Shown here piece after piece: positions 11,353-22,590 of a stretch of DNA of 64,000 bases. The notes beneath the pieces were generated by a model, which was not told the DNA's origin, did no database searches, and saw nothing but the letters and a program-made list of their open reading frames with translations. The translations under genes and the position numbers were made by a program. The DNA is from Octopus vulgaris (Eukaryota). Numbering within the stretch: the first letter of the stretch is position 1; each line of letters begins with the position of its first letter. The stretch is taken from assembly GCA_951406725.2 (NCBI GenBank), contig OX597816.1, positions 10,168,001 through 10,232,000 on the forward strand, read 5' to 3'.

Positions 11353-11949
11353 GCCGGTGGCATGTAAAAAGCAGCATTTGAGTATTGTCGATGCCAGTGC
11401 CACCTGACTGATTCCTGTGCTGGTGGCTCGTAAAAAACACCATTTGAGCATGGTTGATTCCAGTGCCACCTGACTGGCTCCTGTGCTGGTGACACCTAAA
11501 AAGCATCATTTGAGCATGGTTGATGCTAGTGTCACCTGACTGGCTCCTGTGCTGGTGGCATATAAAAACATCATTCGAGTGTGGTCGATGCCAGTGCCAC
11601 CAGACTGGCTCCTGTGCTGGTGGCAGGTAAAAACCACCATTCAAGCAAGGTCAATACCAGTGCTACATGACTGACACCTATGCCAGTGGCACGTAAAAAG
11701 AACCATTCAAACGTGGTTGATGCCAGTACTGCTGGTTTAGCCCTCGTGCCTGTCGCATGTAAAAAGCAGCCACTACACTCTCAGAGTAGTTGGCGTTAGG
11801 AAGGGCGTTCAACTATAGAAACAGATCAGATTTGAGCTTGGTGCAGCCTTCTGGCTCGCCAGTCCCCAGTCAAACCGTCCAACCCATGCCAACATGGAAA
11901 GCAGACGTTAAACTCTGACGATCATGATGTGATGATGATGATGATGATG
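11353..11949 (+). mobile_element. Family B RTE 3' UTR with about 6-7 diverged 66-bp tandem units
   Basis: Repeated GGTGGCA.GTAAAAA.CA.CATT.GAG..TGGT.GATGCCAGTGCCACCTGACTGGCTCCTGTGCT, then core and GAT tail. Confidence 0.9.
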
Positions 11950-12254
11950 CTTGTTAAGTATAGAAACTCGGTGTACTTAACTTGACATGCTACTTACAAC
12001 AAAACCATCACATAATCTGAGCAAGTAAACAATGCTTTGATAATGCACTTAATTCTCAGATATGCGATTGGCATAACAAACAGGTGTTGGAAAAGAAATC
12101 TGTTGGCTAAATACTTATATCTATTGTTCTTTCATCTTTTCATCAAAGATGGTATTGATGTTGTTGTTGCTGTTGTTGCTCTTTTTGTATTTAATATTTT
12201 TTTTTGTCAGATTTAGCTTCTTTCATGATAACAACTCCATGATTTTTTGATTTA

Positions 12255-12915
12255 CACAAAATATATATATATACATATATATATATACACACATATATAT
12301 ATACATATATACATATATATACATATATATATATACATATATATATACATATACATATACATATATAATTTGTGTAGTATGTTTATATACATACATATAT
12401 AATGTTTATATATATATATATATATATACACACACATATGTATATATATATATATGTATATAAACACATGTAACTATACATATATAAAAACACACTTGCA
12501 ACATATAGTTATGCATATAAAAACACATATATCGATGTGCAATTAAACAAATCTAAATATATGTGCATGTATTGTGTGTGTGTGTGTGTGTGTGAGGGTG
12601 TGTGTGTGAGGGTGTGTGTGTGAGGGTGTGTGTGTGATTGTGTGTACATTTAAACACACATGCATTTAGATATGCAAACATATCCAGGTGTATGCAAATG
12701 TATATATAGTATGTGTATGTCTATATATACATATGTGTATATATGTGTGTGTGCATGTATATATTTCTATACATCTATTTCTCTATCCATGTACATACAC
12801 ACCACACATTTATGTGTATATATGTGTGTGTGTATATATATCTATACATACATATACATTCATATGTGCATATATGTGTGTAGGTGTATATGTCGATACA
12901 TACACACACACAAAC
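12255..12915. repeat. Compound (TA)n/(CATA)n/(TG)n microsatellite field
   Basis: Directly visible. Confidence 0.9.
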
Positions 12916-13084
12916 ACATTAATATTTATCACAATAATTCAGTTCCATCAGTGAATAATAATCTGTTTTCTAATGGACTGAGCCACCTGCTCACAGAATT
13001 AGCATGTTAGGTGGCTGAGTGCTCCTCAGACGTATATATCCCTGGCTTAAGTTTTAGGCAGGACAATGACTGATAATATATGCA

Positions 13085-13476
13085 GCATTGGAGACCTATT
13101 GCGTCAAGTACATCGGCATCAAAATAAAACTCAAATGGATATTGTAGGTGTGATCCCTGTACCGGTGGCACGTAAAAAGTACCATCCAAACATGGCTGAT
13201 GCCAGCGCCACCTTGACTGGCTTCTGTGCTGGTGGCATGTAAAAAGCACTGGCCAATCGTGTCCGTTGCCAGCCTCCCCTGGCACCTCTGCTGGTGGCAC
13301 GTAAAAAGCACCCACTACACTCTTGGAGTGGTTGGCGTTAGGAAGGGCATCCAGCCGTAGAAACACTGCCAGATCAGACTGGAGCCTGGTGCAGCCTCCT
13401 GGCTTCCCAGACCCTGGTCAAACCATCCAACCCATGCTAGTACAGAAAACGGACATTAAACAATGATGATGATGAT
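13085..13476 (+). mobile_element. Family B RTE 3' end
   Basis: GGAGACCTATTG leader, 3 units, core and GAT tail. Confidence 0.85.
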
Positions 13477-13609
13477 TGGTGGAGCTATGGATTACAGGTA
13501 CGGTTCTTTTGATGGCTTCAAATGTAGTTGCCATCGACCCAAGTTCATTCATTCTGAAGGTTTAGGAGTAATCTGAGACTATAGTGACTGACACACACAC
13601 AAACATATA

Positions 13610-13771
13610 TAGGACTTCTTTCAGTTTCCGTCTACCAAATCCACTCACAATGCTTTGGCTGGCTTGAGGCTATAAGAGAAGACACTTGCCCAAGATGCCA
13701 TGCAGTGGGACTGAACTTGGAACCATGTGGTTGGGAAGTAAGCTTCTTACCACACAGCCACTCCTGTGCCT
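13610..13771 (-). mobile_element. SINE family A, 5' half
   Basis: Reverse-complement tRNA head and CORE-like part. Confidence 0.85.
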
Positions 13772-13775
13772 ATAC

Positions 13776-13847
<72 letters not shown>

Positions 13848-13849
<2 letters not shown>

Positions 13850-14187
13850 CATCATCATCATCATTTAAAGTCTGTTTTCCATGCTAGCATGGGTTGGACA
13901 ATTTGACTGAGGACTGGCGAACCAGATGGCTGCACCAGGCTCCAGTCTGATCTGGCAGTGTTTCAACAGCTGGATGCCCTTCCCAACGCCAACCACTCCG
14001 TGAGTGTAGTGGGTGCTTTTTACGTGCCAACAGCAAAGGGGCTAGAGGAAGCTGGCAATGGACACGATCAGTCGGTGCTTTTAATGTGCTGCCGGCACGG
14101 GTATCACAACTACAATTTCCATTTGATTTTGATTCTGATGTTGATGTACTTCACTCAATAGGTCTCCTCAAGCACAGCAGGTGGCCC

Positions 14188-14190
<3 letters not shown>
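13848..14190 (-). mobile_element. Family B RTE 3' end including the last codons of the ORF
   Basis: Minus strand reads AVLEETY* (RTE-type terminal AVLEKT) directly into the family B leader, units, core and tail; links family B to an RTE LINE. Confidence 0.8.
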
Positions 14191-14224
<34 letters not shown>

Positions 14225-14664
14225 GCACACACATATATATGCTTGTGTGTGTGTATATGTGTGTGTGTATGTATATATATATATGTGTGTGTGTGTGTGT
14301 TTATATATATATTCACAGATGCACATGTATATTTGAATGTATGCATGTGTACATGTATGCATGTATGTGTACATACATATATGCACACACACACACACAC
14401 TCACGTGTGTAGATGTGATTATTTAATCTTTCATCTATTTAGATAAATTCTTTAATTCCATAATGATTTCAAAACATAATAATAGAAATAAAGCATCAAG
14501 CAAAGAATGGAGGTGTATAGTTGCACAATCATGTTTATGCACATGTATAAATACATTACCTATATATACACACACTCTGGTATATTTTCATACTAATACA
14601 TATATACACACATGTGTATGCAGAAACATTACATTTTCAATCATCCATTTTAATAATGTTATCA

Positions 14665-15168
14665 TGGCAGGTGAAATGCTTAGCGGTATTTTGTCTGCCG
14701 TTACGTTCTGAGTTCAAATTCCACCGAGGGCAATGTAATCGACTTAATACCTATGTCTGTCCTTGTTTGTCCCCACTATGTTTAGCCCCTTGTGGGTAAT
14801 AAAGAAATAGGTATTTTGTCTGCCGTTATGTTTTGAGTTCAAATTCCGCCGAGGTCGACTTTGCCTTTCATCCTCTCAGGGTCAGTAAATTAAGTACCAG
14901 TTATGTACTGGAGTTGATGTAATCGCTTTAATCCGTTTGTCTGTCCTTGTTTGTCCCCTTTTTTTTTTCAGCCCCTTGTGGGTAGTAAAGAAGTAGGTAT
15001 TTCGTCAAACCATCCAACCCATGCCATTACATTCTGCTGAGGTTGACTTTGCCTTTCATCCTTTCAGGGTCGATAAATTAAGTACCAGTTGCCTACTGGG
15101 GTCAGTCTAATTGATTAGCCACCCCTCTCCCCCAAAATTTCAAGCCTTGTGCATAGAGTAGAAAAGAA
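14665..15168 (+). mobile_element. Cluster of three partial tandem family C SINEs
   Basis: Repeated GAGTTCAAATTCC and GACTTTGCCTTTCATCCT..CAGGGTC...AAATTAAGTACCAG blocks. Confidence 0.85.
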
Positions 15169-15247
15169 TGATCAATTTTAATAAGAGAATGTGTGTGTTT
15201 GTGTTATTTAATTTTTTTTCATTTTATTTGTATTCATTTATTCTTTC

Positions 15248-15642
15248 ACTCTTTTATTCGCTTCAGTCATTTGACTGCAGCCATGCTGGAGCACCACCTT
15301 TAGTTGAACAAATCATCCCCCAGGACTTAATCTTTCTAAGCCTAGTACTTATTCTATCGGTCTCTTTTGCTGAACCAAGTTATGGGGATGTAAACACACC
15401 AACATTGGCTGTCATGCAATGTTGGGGGGAAGGGGGGGGGACAAACATAGACAGACAAACACACACACACACACACACACAATGGGCTTCTTTCTGTTTC
15501 CGTCTACCAACTCCACTCACAAAGCTTTGGTTGGCCCAAGACTATAAGAGAAGACACTTGCCCAAGGTGCCACACAGTGGGACTGAACTTGGAACCATGT
15601 GCTTGGTAAGGAAGCTACATACCACACAGCAGCTACTGTGCC
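15248..15642 (-). mobile_element. SINE family A
   Basis: Full reverse-complement copy. Confidence 0.85.
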
Positions 15643-16090
15643 TATGTATGTTTGCTAGAAATATTAGTGTTTTTTTAAAATTATATTTCATAATATTCTT
15701 TTTGTGTTAAGATTAACTGCATTGAATTTGTAGATTCCAAATATTTCCGCAAGTATCTAATCTTAGCATAGTTCCAATTCTATTGAAGCAGTTCTCTTAG
15801 TTCAACTGCATATAAGGTATTGCATATTTTAAAACTTACGAAAAAAAATTGGATGTCCTCCATCTGAATGCCTTCCGTTTTAAGTCTCTCTGTTCAGGCA
15901 GTGCTGACCGAGGATTAAATACTAAATAATATTAGCAACAACTTCAATTATGATTTCATATATAATAGCATCTTTATAAGCACAACTATCCTATATTTAA
16001 GCTAAACGTATTGTATTTTTGCATCAAATGATTGAGTATGATTGATCTAACCAAACAAAGATGCATTTCAAAATTTGTTTAGCTAAAAGA

Positions 16091-17350
16091 TTAACCCTTT
16101 TGCTTCTAACCCAGTTGAAACTGGTTCTGGGTCTGAGTACAAATGTTTTGTTTTCATAAGTTTTGAATTAAAATCTTTCACCAAACCTTAGTCACAATTT
16201 ATGTTCCTAACACTAGCTGAATGATAACTAAATTATTTTACTAAATTCTTTGATTTAAGATTAATTTTTTAAATTTAAATTCAAGATTAATTGAAAGAAA
16301 CACAGAGCATCTCAACAGAAATATGGTAGCAAAAGGGTTAAAGTTACCATGATATTTTAAACTCTTTTGATACCAACCCGGCTGAAACCACCTCTGGCTC
16401 TATAGTACTAATGTTTTGTTTTCATAAGTTTTGAATTGAAATCTTCCACCAAACCTTAGTCACAATTTATGTTCCTAACACTAGCTGAATGATAACTAAA
16501 TTATTTTATTAAATTCTTTGTTATATTTAAAATTAATTGAAAGAAACACAGAGCATCTCAAGAGAAATATGGTAGCAAAAGGGTTAAAGTTACCATGATA
16601 TTTTTAACCCTTTCATTACCAACCCGGCTGAAACCACCTCTGGCTCTGTAGTACTAATGTCTTGTTTTCATGTTTTGAATTGAAATCTTCCACCAAACCT
16701 TAGTCACAATTTATGTTCCTAACACTAGCTGAATGATGATTAAGTTATTTTACTAAATTCTTTGATTTAAGATTAATTTTTTAAATTTAAGTTTAAGATT
16801 AATTGAAAGAAACACAGAGCATCTCAACAGAAATATGGAAGCAAAAGGGTTAAAGTTACCATGATATTTTAAACTCTTTTGATACTAACCCGGCTGAAAC
16901 CACCTCTGGCTCTGTAGTACTAATGTTTTGTTTTCATAAGTTTTGAATTGAAATCTTCCACCAAACCTTAGTCACAATTAATGTTCCTAATACTTGATAA
17001 CTAAATTATTTTACTAAATTCTTTGTTATATTTAAAATCAATTGAAAGAAACACAGAGCATCTCAACAGAAATATGGCAACAAAAGGGTTAAAGTTGGAG
17101 AGAGAAAGAATAAGGTGGGCCTTTACCCTTTTGATACTAATCCAGCTGAAACTGCCTCTGGCTCTGTAGTACAAATGTCTTGTTTTCATAAGTTTTGAAT
17201 TAAAATCTTCCACCAAACCTTAGTCACAATTTATGTCCCTAACACTAGCTTAATGATAACGAAGTTATTTTACTAAATTCTTTGTTATATTTAAAGTAAT
17301 TGAAAGAAACATGGAGCATCTCAAAATAAATACAGTATCGAAAAGGTTAA
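16091..17350 (+). mobile_element. Tandem array of five piggyBac-like MITEs (about 225-250 bp each)
   Basis: Units bounded by TTAA-CCCTTT...AAAGGG-TTAA (or near matches) at 16091-16341, 16357-16587, 16604-16853, 16869-17092 and 17122-17350; solo homologue at 50107-50334. Confidence 0.85.
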
Positions 17351-17354
17351 TGTC

Positions 17355-17960
17355 ACACTTGACCAAAAAGTTAGAATATTTATTTAACTAAGAGATTAAA
17401 AATTTACTTAGATTTATTTCAATTTTTTAGTGACCCAGCAGATTAACGATTTATCCAAGCAAAAAGTTAAAGTTACATTTAATGATTTATTTAACTAAAA
17501 GATTAATGATGTATTTTAAGACACACTTAACTAAAAGATTAACGATCTGTTTAGATATTTATTTAAACTTCTAGTTAAATAAATATTTATTTCACTAAAA
17601 TGTTAAAGAATTATTTAAAGATTTAAGTTTAAAGATTTATTTAGATATTTATTGAACTAGCAAATATGGTTTATCTGACCAAAAGATTAAAAGATATATT
17701 GAAAAATATATTTAACTAAATGGTTAACGTACTTGAAGATATATCTAAGCAAAAGTTTAACAATTCATTTCTAAAAAATAATTAACCTACAGTTGAAATA
17801 TTTATCTTATTATTTTATCAATTGGTTAAAGATTTATTTAGCCAAAAATATAAAGATTTACTAACCAACAGATTAAGCTCTATCTAAAATTTATTTAACA
17901 ATGTATTTAAAGAAATGTTTACCTAAAGCCATGTGTTTATCTATTAACTAACATTAAAAA
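17355..17960. repeat. Degenerate AT-rich tandem repeat
   Basis: Recurrent TTTAACTAAAAGATTAA.GATTTATTT motif. Confidence 0.6.
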
Positions 17961-18573
17961 TAAATTAAATGTAATTTTGTATAAATTATGGGAATCTTTT
18001 CTTTTTATTTTGATTTTGTTTTTTGGTAAAATTTTAAACTTGAGTATAAATAAAAGGAAAATAAATCTCATAGTACTTTGTTACTTATCTGCTAATCTGA
18101 TGAGGCTCCTGGAGATGATTTGAATCCCTTATACATCCCCATTTTATTATCCTCTCAAGTTACACATTGCTGATCCAAATGGAGCTGATTATCTGTCATT
18201 GGGTATTTTGAATAATGAAACTCATGAAAGGGCTAAGAATTGATTAGCTTATAGGAAGCAATACATATGCCTGCACACAAAACACACATGCATGCATGCC
18301 TACATACTCTCACATACACACACAAGTTTGCTTTGCAAAACCATGTGGTCCTTGGTTCAATCCATCTTGCAGTAAATGTTTTCTACTGTAGCCTTAGTTT
18401 GACTACACACACATCTCAACTCAAAATTTATAAACCAGAGTAGAATTGATACTGTTTTATTGCGAAAATAACTTTAATGATAGTAGTTTTCCTGAACTAG
18501 ATTTCTGACCCTGATAATACAGTTAACACCTAGTTTTGATATTAATACTAACAATAACAACAACAACAACAAC

Positions 18574-18607
<34 letters not shown>

Positions 18608-18608
<1 letters not shown>

Positions 18609-18943
18609 GTGGGGGAGCATCATAGCCATGTGTTGAGGAATTCTTGGAGGTTTGGATAATTCACCCTTGGAAACATGGGTGGTTCGTTCAACATCCTTAA
18701 ACAATCCTTATTCAGGGACCTTTTGAGTGGGATGGGCTACTCGACAAGAAGATAATTCTAACTGGGCCCCATCTGCAAGGTCATGTACTGTTTATCTTGA
18801 TATGAGATCACCATGTCGCGCACATATGGTTGTGATGCATGTGCCTGGTGTACCCTTATCAGACGGGTAGTCATGATGGGTATACTGGGCTTCGTATATT
18901 TTACCCTAGTGTCATTTTGATGGCATGTACTGCTCTCTCACTC
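18608..18943 (+). mobile_element. Unclassified interspersed repeat, family E (shorter copy), flanked by (TAA)n
   Basis: Colinear high similarity to about 34230-34572; strand assignment is tentative. Confidence 0.8.
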
Positions 18944-19029
18944 AATAATAATAATAATAATAATGTTCTCATTTAGTGTCCTATTTATAGGACAGTGGGA
19001 CTTACCGGGTTAAACATGAGTACCAAATA

Positions 19030-19230
19030 CCAAGTGAATAAATGCCTGTGTAATTATAAAAACAAAATTGTCTTTCCTTTAGAAAATATAGTCTATCAAA
19101 GTAAGGTAATGAGAAGTGATTGCAAGTATTATTACATAGGTTCATCTGCTATAATTTGGAAATCTAGATTTCATAATCATTCTCATTCATTCAAGTATAG
19201 AACGAAAGGTAATTCTATAAATCTTAGTGA
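19030..19230 (+). pseudogene. Penelope-like element GIY-YIG endonuclease fragment
   Basis: KCLC...LENIVYQSKV...YYYIGSSAIIWKSRFHNHSHSFKYRTKGNSINLS matches the PLE pattern ++Y...YIG.+...K.R+.NH..SF.......S..LS. Confidence 0.8.
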
Positions 19231-19605
19231 AGGTAATTCTATAAATCTTAATTCTATAAATCATCATCATCATCATTGTTTAATATCCGTTTTCCATGCT
19301 GGCATGGGTTTAGTGGTTTGACTGGGGACTGGCAATCCAGGAGAAACATTTTTTGGCTTTGCAGGGTGAATTCTACAATTAAATGTAATTTTCTCTATCT
19401 GTATTTTTCTTGTCTAATACTCGGAATTCCTCAAAATTCTTCTAAGTGGTATTTCAATCTACTTGTCATACATAAAGGAATTATCACAGATGTGCATTCT
19501 ACTTGCACTCTTCAGTGTCCAATTGTATGATATACTAAGCCAGATTCATTTAAAACTGAGTGCCTTATTGATATCTGCTTGTATTCACTATTTATGGAGA
19601 TAGAT

Positions 19606-19659
<54 letters not shown>

Positions 19660-19803
19660 GGAGTGAGAGAGAGAAAGACACACACACACCACTTGTTTGT
19701 TCATTTGTTTTTGTATTCAATTTTCCGTGTTAGAATAGCTGAAATGAATTTCTTTATTGAACCTTTATAACCAAATGCCCTTCTTGTTACTAGGGGCTTC
19801 CTG

Positions 19804-19955
19804 TAATTGGATGTTTAACACACCCCTTTGAAGGATTTCTTTGCCTCAGTTTGTTACTTCATGTATGTATATATATACATATATATATATATATATGTGA
19901 AGTAACAAACTGAGGCAAAGAAATCCTTGAAAGCAGGGTGTAAAACATCCAATTA
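19804..19955. repeat. Inverted repeat with about 58-bp arms around a (TA)n spacer
   Basis: TAATTGGATGTTT...TTGTTACTTCA versus TGAAGTAACAA...AAACATCCAATTA. Confidence 0.85.
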
Positions 19956-20008
19956 ACTGGTACGTCAGTTGGATACCATATAAATATTGGTATAATACAA
20001 TAATAAAG

Positions 20009-20187
20009 ATAAATTAAATATAGAGATATTCTGCTGACATTCAATAATTTATTTATTTTACAACTTTACATTAAATACTATGAATATAATATATAACATG
20101 ACATTTTATATATTATATTCATAATATTTAATGTAAAGTTGTAAAATAAATAAATTATTGAATGTCAGCAGAATATCTCTATATTTA

Positions 20188-20193
<6 letters not shown>
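20009..20193. repeat. About 185-bp near-perfect palindrome
   Basis: ATAAATTAAATATAGAGATATTCTGCTGACATTCAAT... and its reverse complement, centre near 20101. Confidence 0.9.
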
Positions 20194-20225
<32 letters not shown>

Positions 20226-20387
20226 TTCAGTTGGTATTAGGAAGGGCATCGAGCTGTAGAAAGTATGCCAAAGCTGACATAGAATCTAGTGGAACCATCT
20301 GGCTCTTTTGTTCTTGCCACATCATCCAACCTATGCCAGCCTGATAAAAGGGACATTAAATGATGATGATGTTGATGATGCCTTCTG

Positions 20388-20685
20388 TGAAGGCCCGTAG
20401 CCTTGTTATCAGGGTGTTGCTTGTACTCATGATCATAAAATCATGGTTTTGACTCTCAGACCAGCCACAAGTTGTGTTCTTGAGCAAAGAACATAATTTC
20501 ATGCTTCTTCAGTTGACTTGGTTTTAAGTGGATAACTCTGCAATGGATGGGCATTCTGCTCAGGGGAAATGTTGGCCTGGACACCTAGCCAGTGGGGTAG
20601 CATCACTCAGAAGCTAAAATGATGCAAAATGCATTGTGACCAACGATGTATAACAGCATCTTATAGTTTGGTTGATCACATGATA
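20388..20685 (+). mobile_element. Diverged tRNA-derived CORE-type SINE (family D variant)
   Basis: GAAGGC head and TTGTGTTCTTGAGCAAAG CORE-like block as in 43561-43895. Confidence 0.65.
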
Positions 20686-20779
20686 TCATACATCTCTGTT
20701 CAGATTTTATCTTGGATAATTCCACACCATCATGCCTTCAAATGGTGTATCCCATTTAGTATGCTACACAGATGGTTTT

Positions 20780-21002
20780 ATGCCAGCCTCGCCTGGCACC
20801 GTGCTGGTGGCACAAAAAAGGCACCCACTACACTTACAGAGGGGTTGGCATTAGGAAGGGCATCCTAGCTGTAGAAACACTGCCAGATCAGACTGGGCCT
20901 GGTGCAGCCTCCTGGCTTCCCAAATCCCAATCGAACCATCCAACCCATGCTAGCATGGAAAGCGGACATTAAACAATGATGATGATGACGATGATGATGA
21001 TA
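20780..21002 (+). mobile_element. Family B RTE 3' UTR fragment
   Basis: Core and GAT tail. Confidence 0.85.
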
Positions 21003-21108
21003 TGAAACTATTAGTAGCACTTAAAAACAAGTATTGTGTCCTTTAAATAATATTTTCTCTCACCAGATGAAGTACTTTTTTTGTTGATCTTTATATCACA
21101 AACAGTAC

Positions 21109-21152
<44 letters not shown>

Positions 21153-22204
21153 TAGTTTATGTATTTCCTAAGAAGTTTGAATGTCTAAATACACAGAGTG
21201 CAATAAGAAGAGTTAAAATAAGACTAGCTTAAAAGAAAATTTATTTTATCACATCCATCTTGGTTTCAATAATCTTTATAAAAGATGTGTTACACCTTAA
21301 GAGTTATTAAGATTAGAGAGAGATAACCTCTGAATTCTTCATTCTCTAAAGACAGCAAAGTTTGCTAAGATGAAAGCCATAAATTAAAAGTGGCTGGCTA
21401 CAGAAGTGTTGGAATTGTTTAATGGTACTTCTGTTTCATATTCTTCTTAAGAGTTATAGATTTATGAATTCCTTTCTCTCTTATGGTTATATTTTCTGAA
21501 ATGTGTAATTGTTGCAGTTCAAAATAAATGTTGTGATCGAATTTAATTCTTTGATTTCACTTTCTCCTATAATGTTTATTCCGAGAAGTGTGTGTGTGAG
21601 TATGTGTGTGTATGTAGTCGTCATGGTAAATTTTGATATTTTGTGAAATGCAAAATTCCATGAGTTAATGATTTAAAATATTCTCACTAATGGGTAACTG
21701 CAGTCTCATATATAACAAGATAACATTAAAGTCGAATTTAGGGAAAGGCAGTTAACCAAAATATAGAACATTGTAGAACATAATGAAATTAATCTGAGAT
21801 GCCATCTGCATGATAATCAATAGTTAATTAGGTGAAATCATATTTAAACATATTTAATGCTTAAAACAACATTAACGAGTTTTACAATAATCTAATTTTT
21901 CATAAATTCACTTAAGCTACACTAAAAACATATTTCTTTATGCTTACTTAGCAATTTGACGGTAACTGCATTGGCAATCTATGCTGAGGATGCACTTTTA
22001 CTTGAAAATGTATCATGTTGTCTCCTGTCTTCATATGAAGAGATAAAGCTAATTGGAACTTTTCTACCATAAACTTGAATTCTACAAGTTGGTCTGGTTA
22101 TAGTAAAAGCAGTGAAAAAATAGTAAATATTTGATGTGAAGTTTTTCGTGTTTATTAATTGGATTCTTTTGGAAAATAAAAATCATCATTGACATTTTTT
22201 AAGC

Positions 22205-22590
22205 CAACGTTTCCATGATTATGTATGTTATATGCATTTTGTAACTAAGTTTTCTATGGCCAGATGAATGCCCTTCCTTTGTGCTCATCAACCCACTTCC
22301 AAGTGAGGGTAAATTTTTTCCCTGACTGGACACGTCTCAGAGAAGCCAAGAAGCAAATGACACCATTTGTGTGATGTGCAAGCTTGTTTATGTCATGGCA
22401 GCAGGGCAAGGAAACACTAACACACACACACGATGGTCTTCCTTTAGTTTTGCTCCACCAAATCCATTTACAAGGCATTGATCAGCCCTGGGGCTATAGT
22501 AGAAGACACTTGCCCAAGGTGCCATGAAGTGGGATTGAATCTGAAACCATGTAGTTGGCAAGGAAACTTCTTAACATGCAGCCATTTCTG
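22205..22590 (-). mobile_element. Family A-headed SINE variant with RTE-type 3' end, diverged
   Basis: Family A head (GAAGACACTTGCCCAAGGTGCC) joined to a different body ending in GGAAGGGCAT...CATGGAAA. Confidence 0.6.

Noticed and set aside
11353-11770. CRISPR array (palindromic repeat plus spacers)
   Set aside because: Spacers are homologous to one another, the context is a eukaryotic retroelement UTR, and there are no cas genes
12252-13010. YI/CV/HT-rich ORFs here and at 14086-14446, 42483-42964, 47275-47693 and 57623-58805
   Set aside because: Translations of dinucleotide microsatellites and minisatellites
18093-18248. Hammerhead motif gctaat-CTGATGA...GAAAC...attagc
   Set aside because: Helix I candidates exist, but the ~110-nt helix II region is not closed next to GAAA and there is no valid helix III
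19360-19580. Second Penelope endonuclease remnant on the minus strand
   Set aside because: Only a vague resemblance with multiple stops; cannot be supported without a profile search
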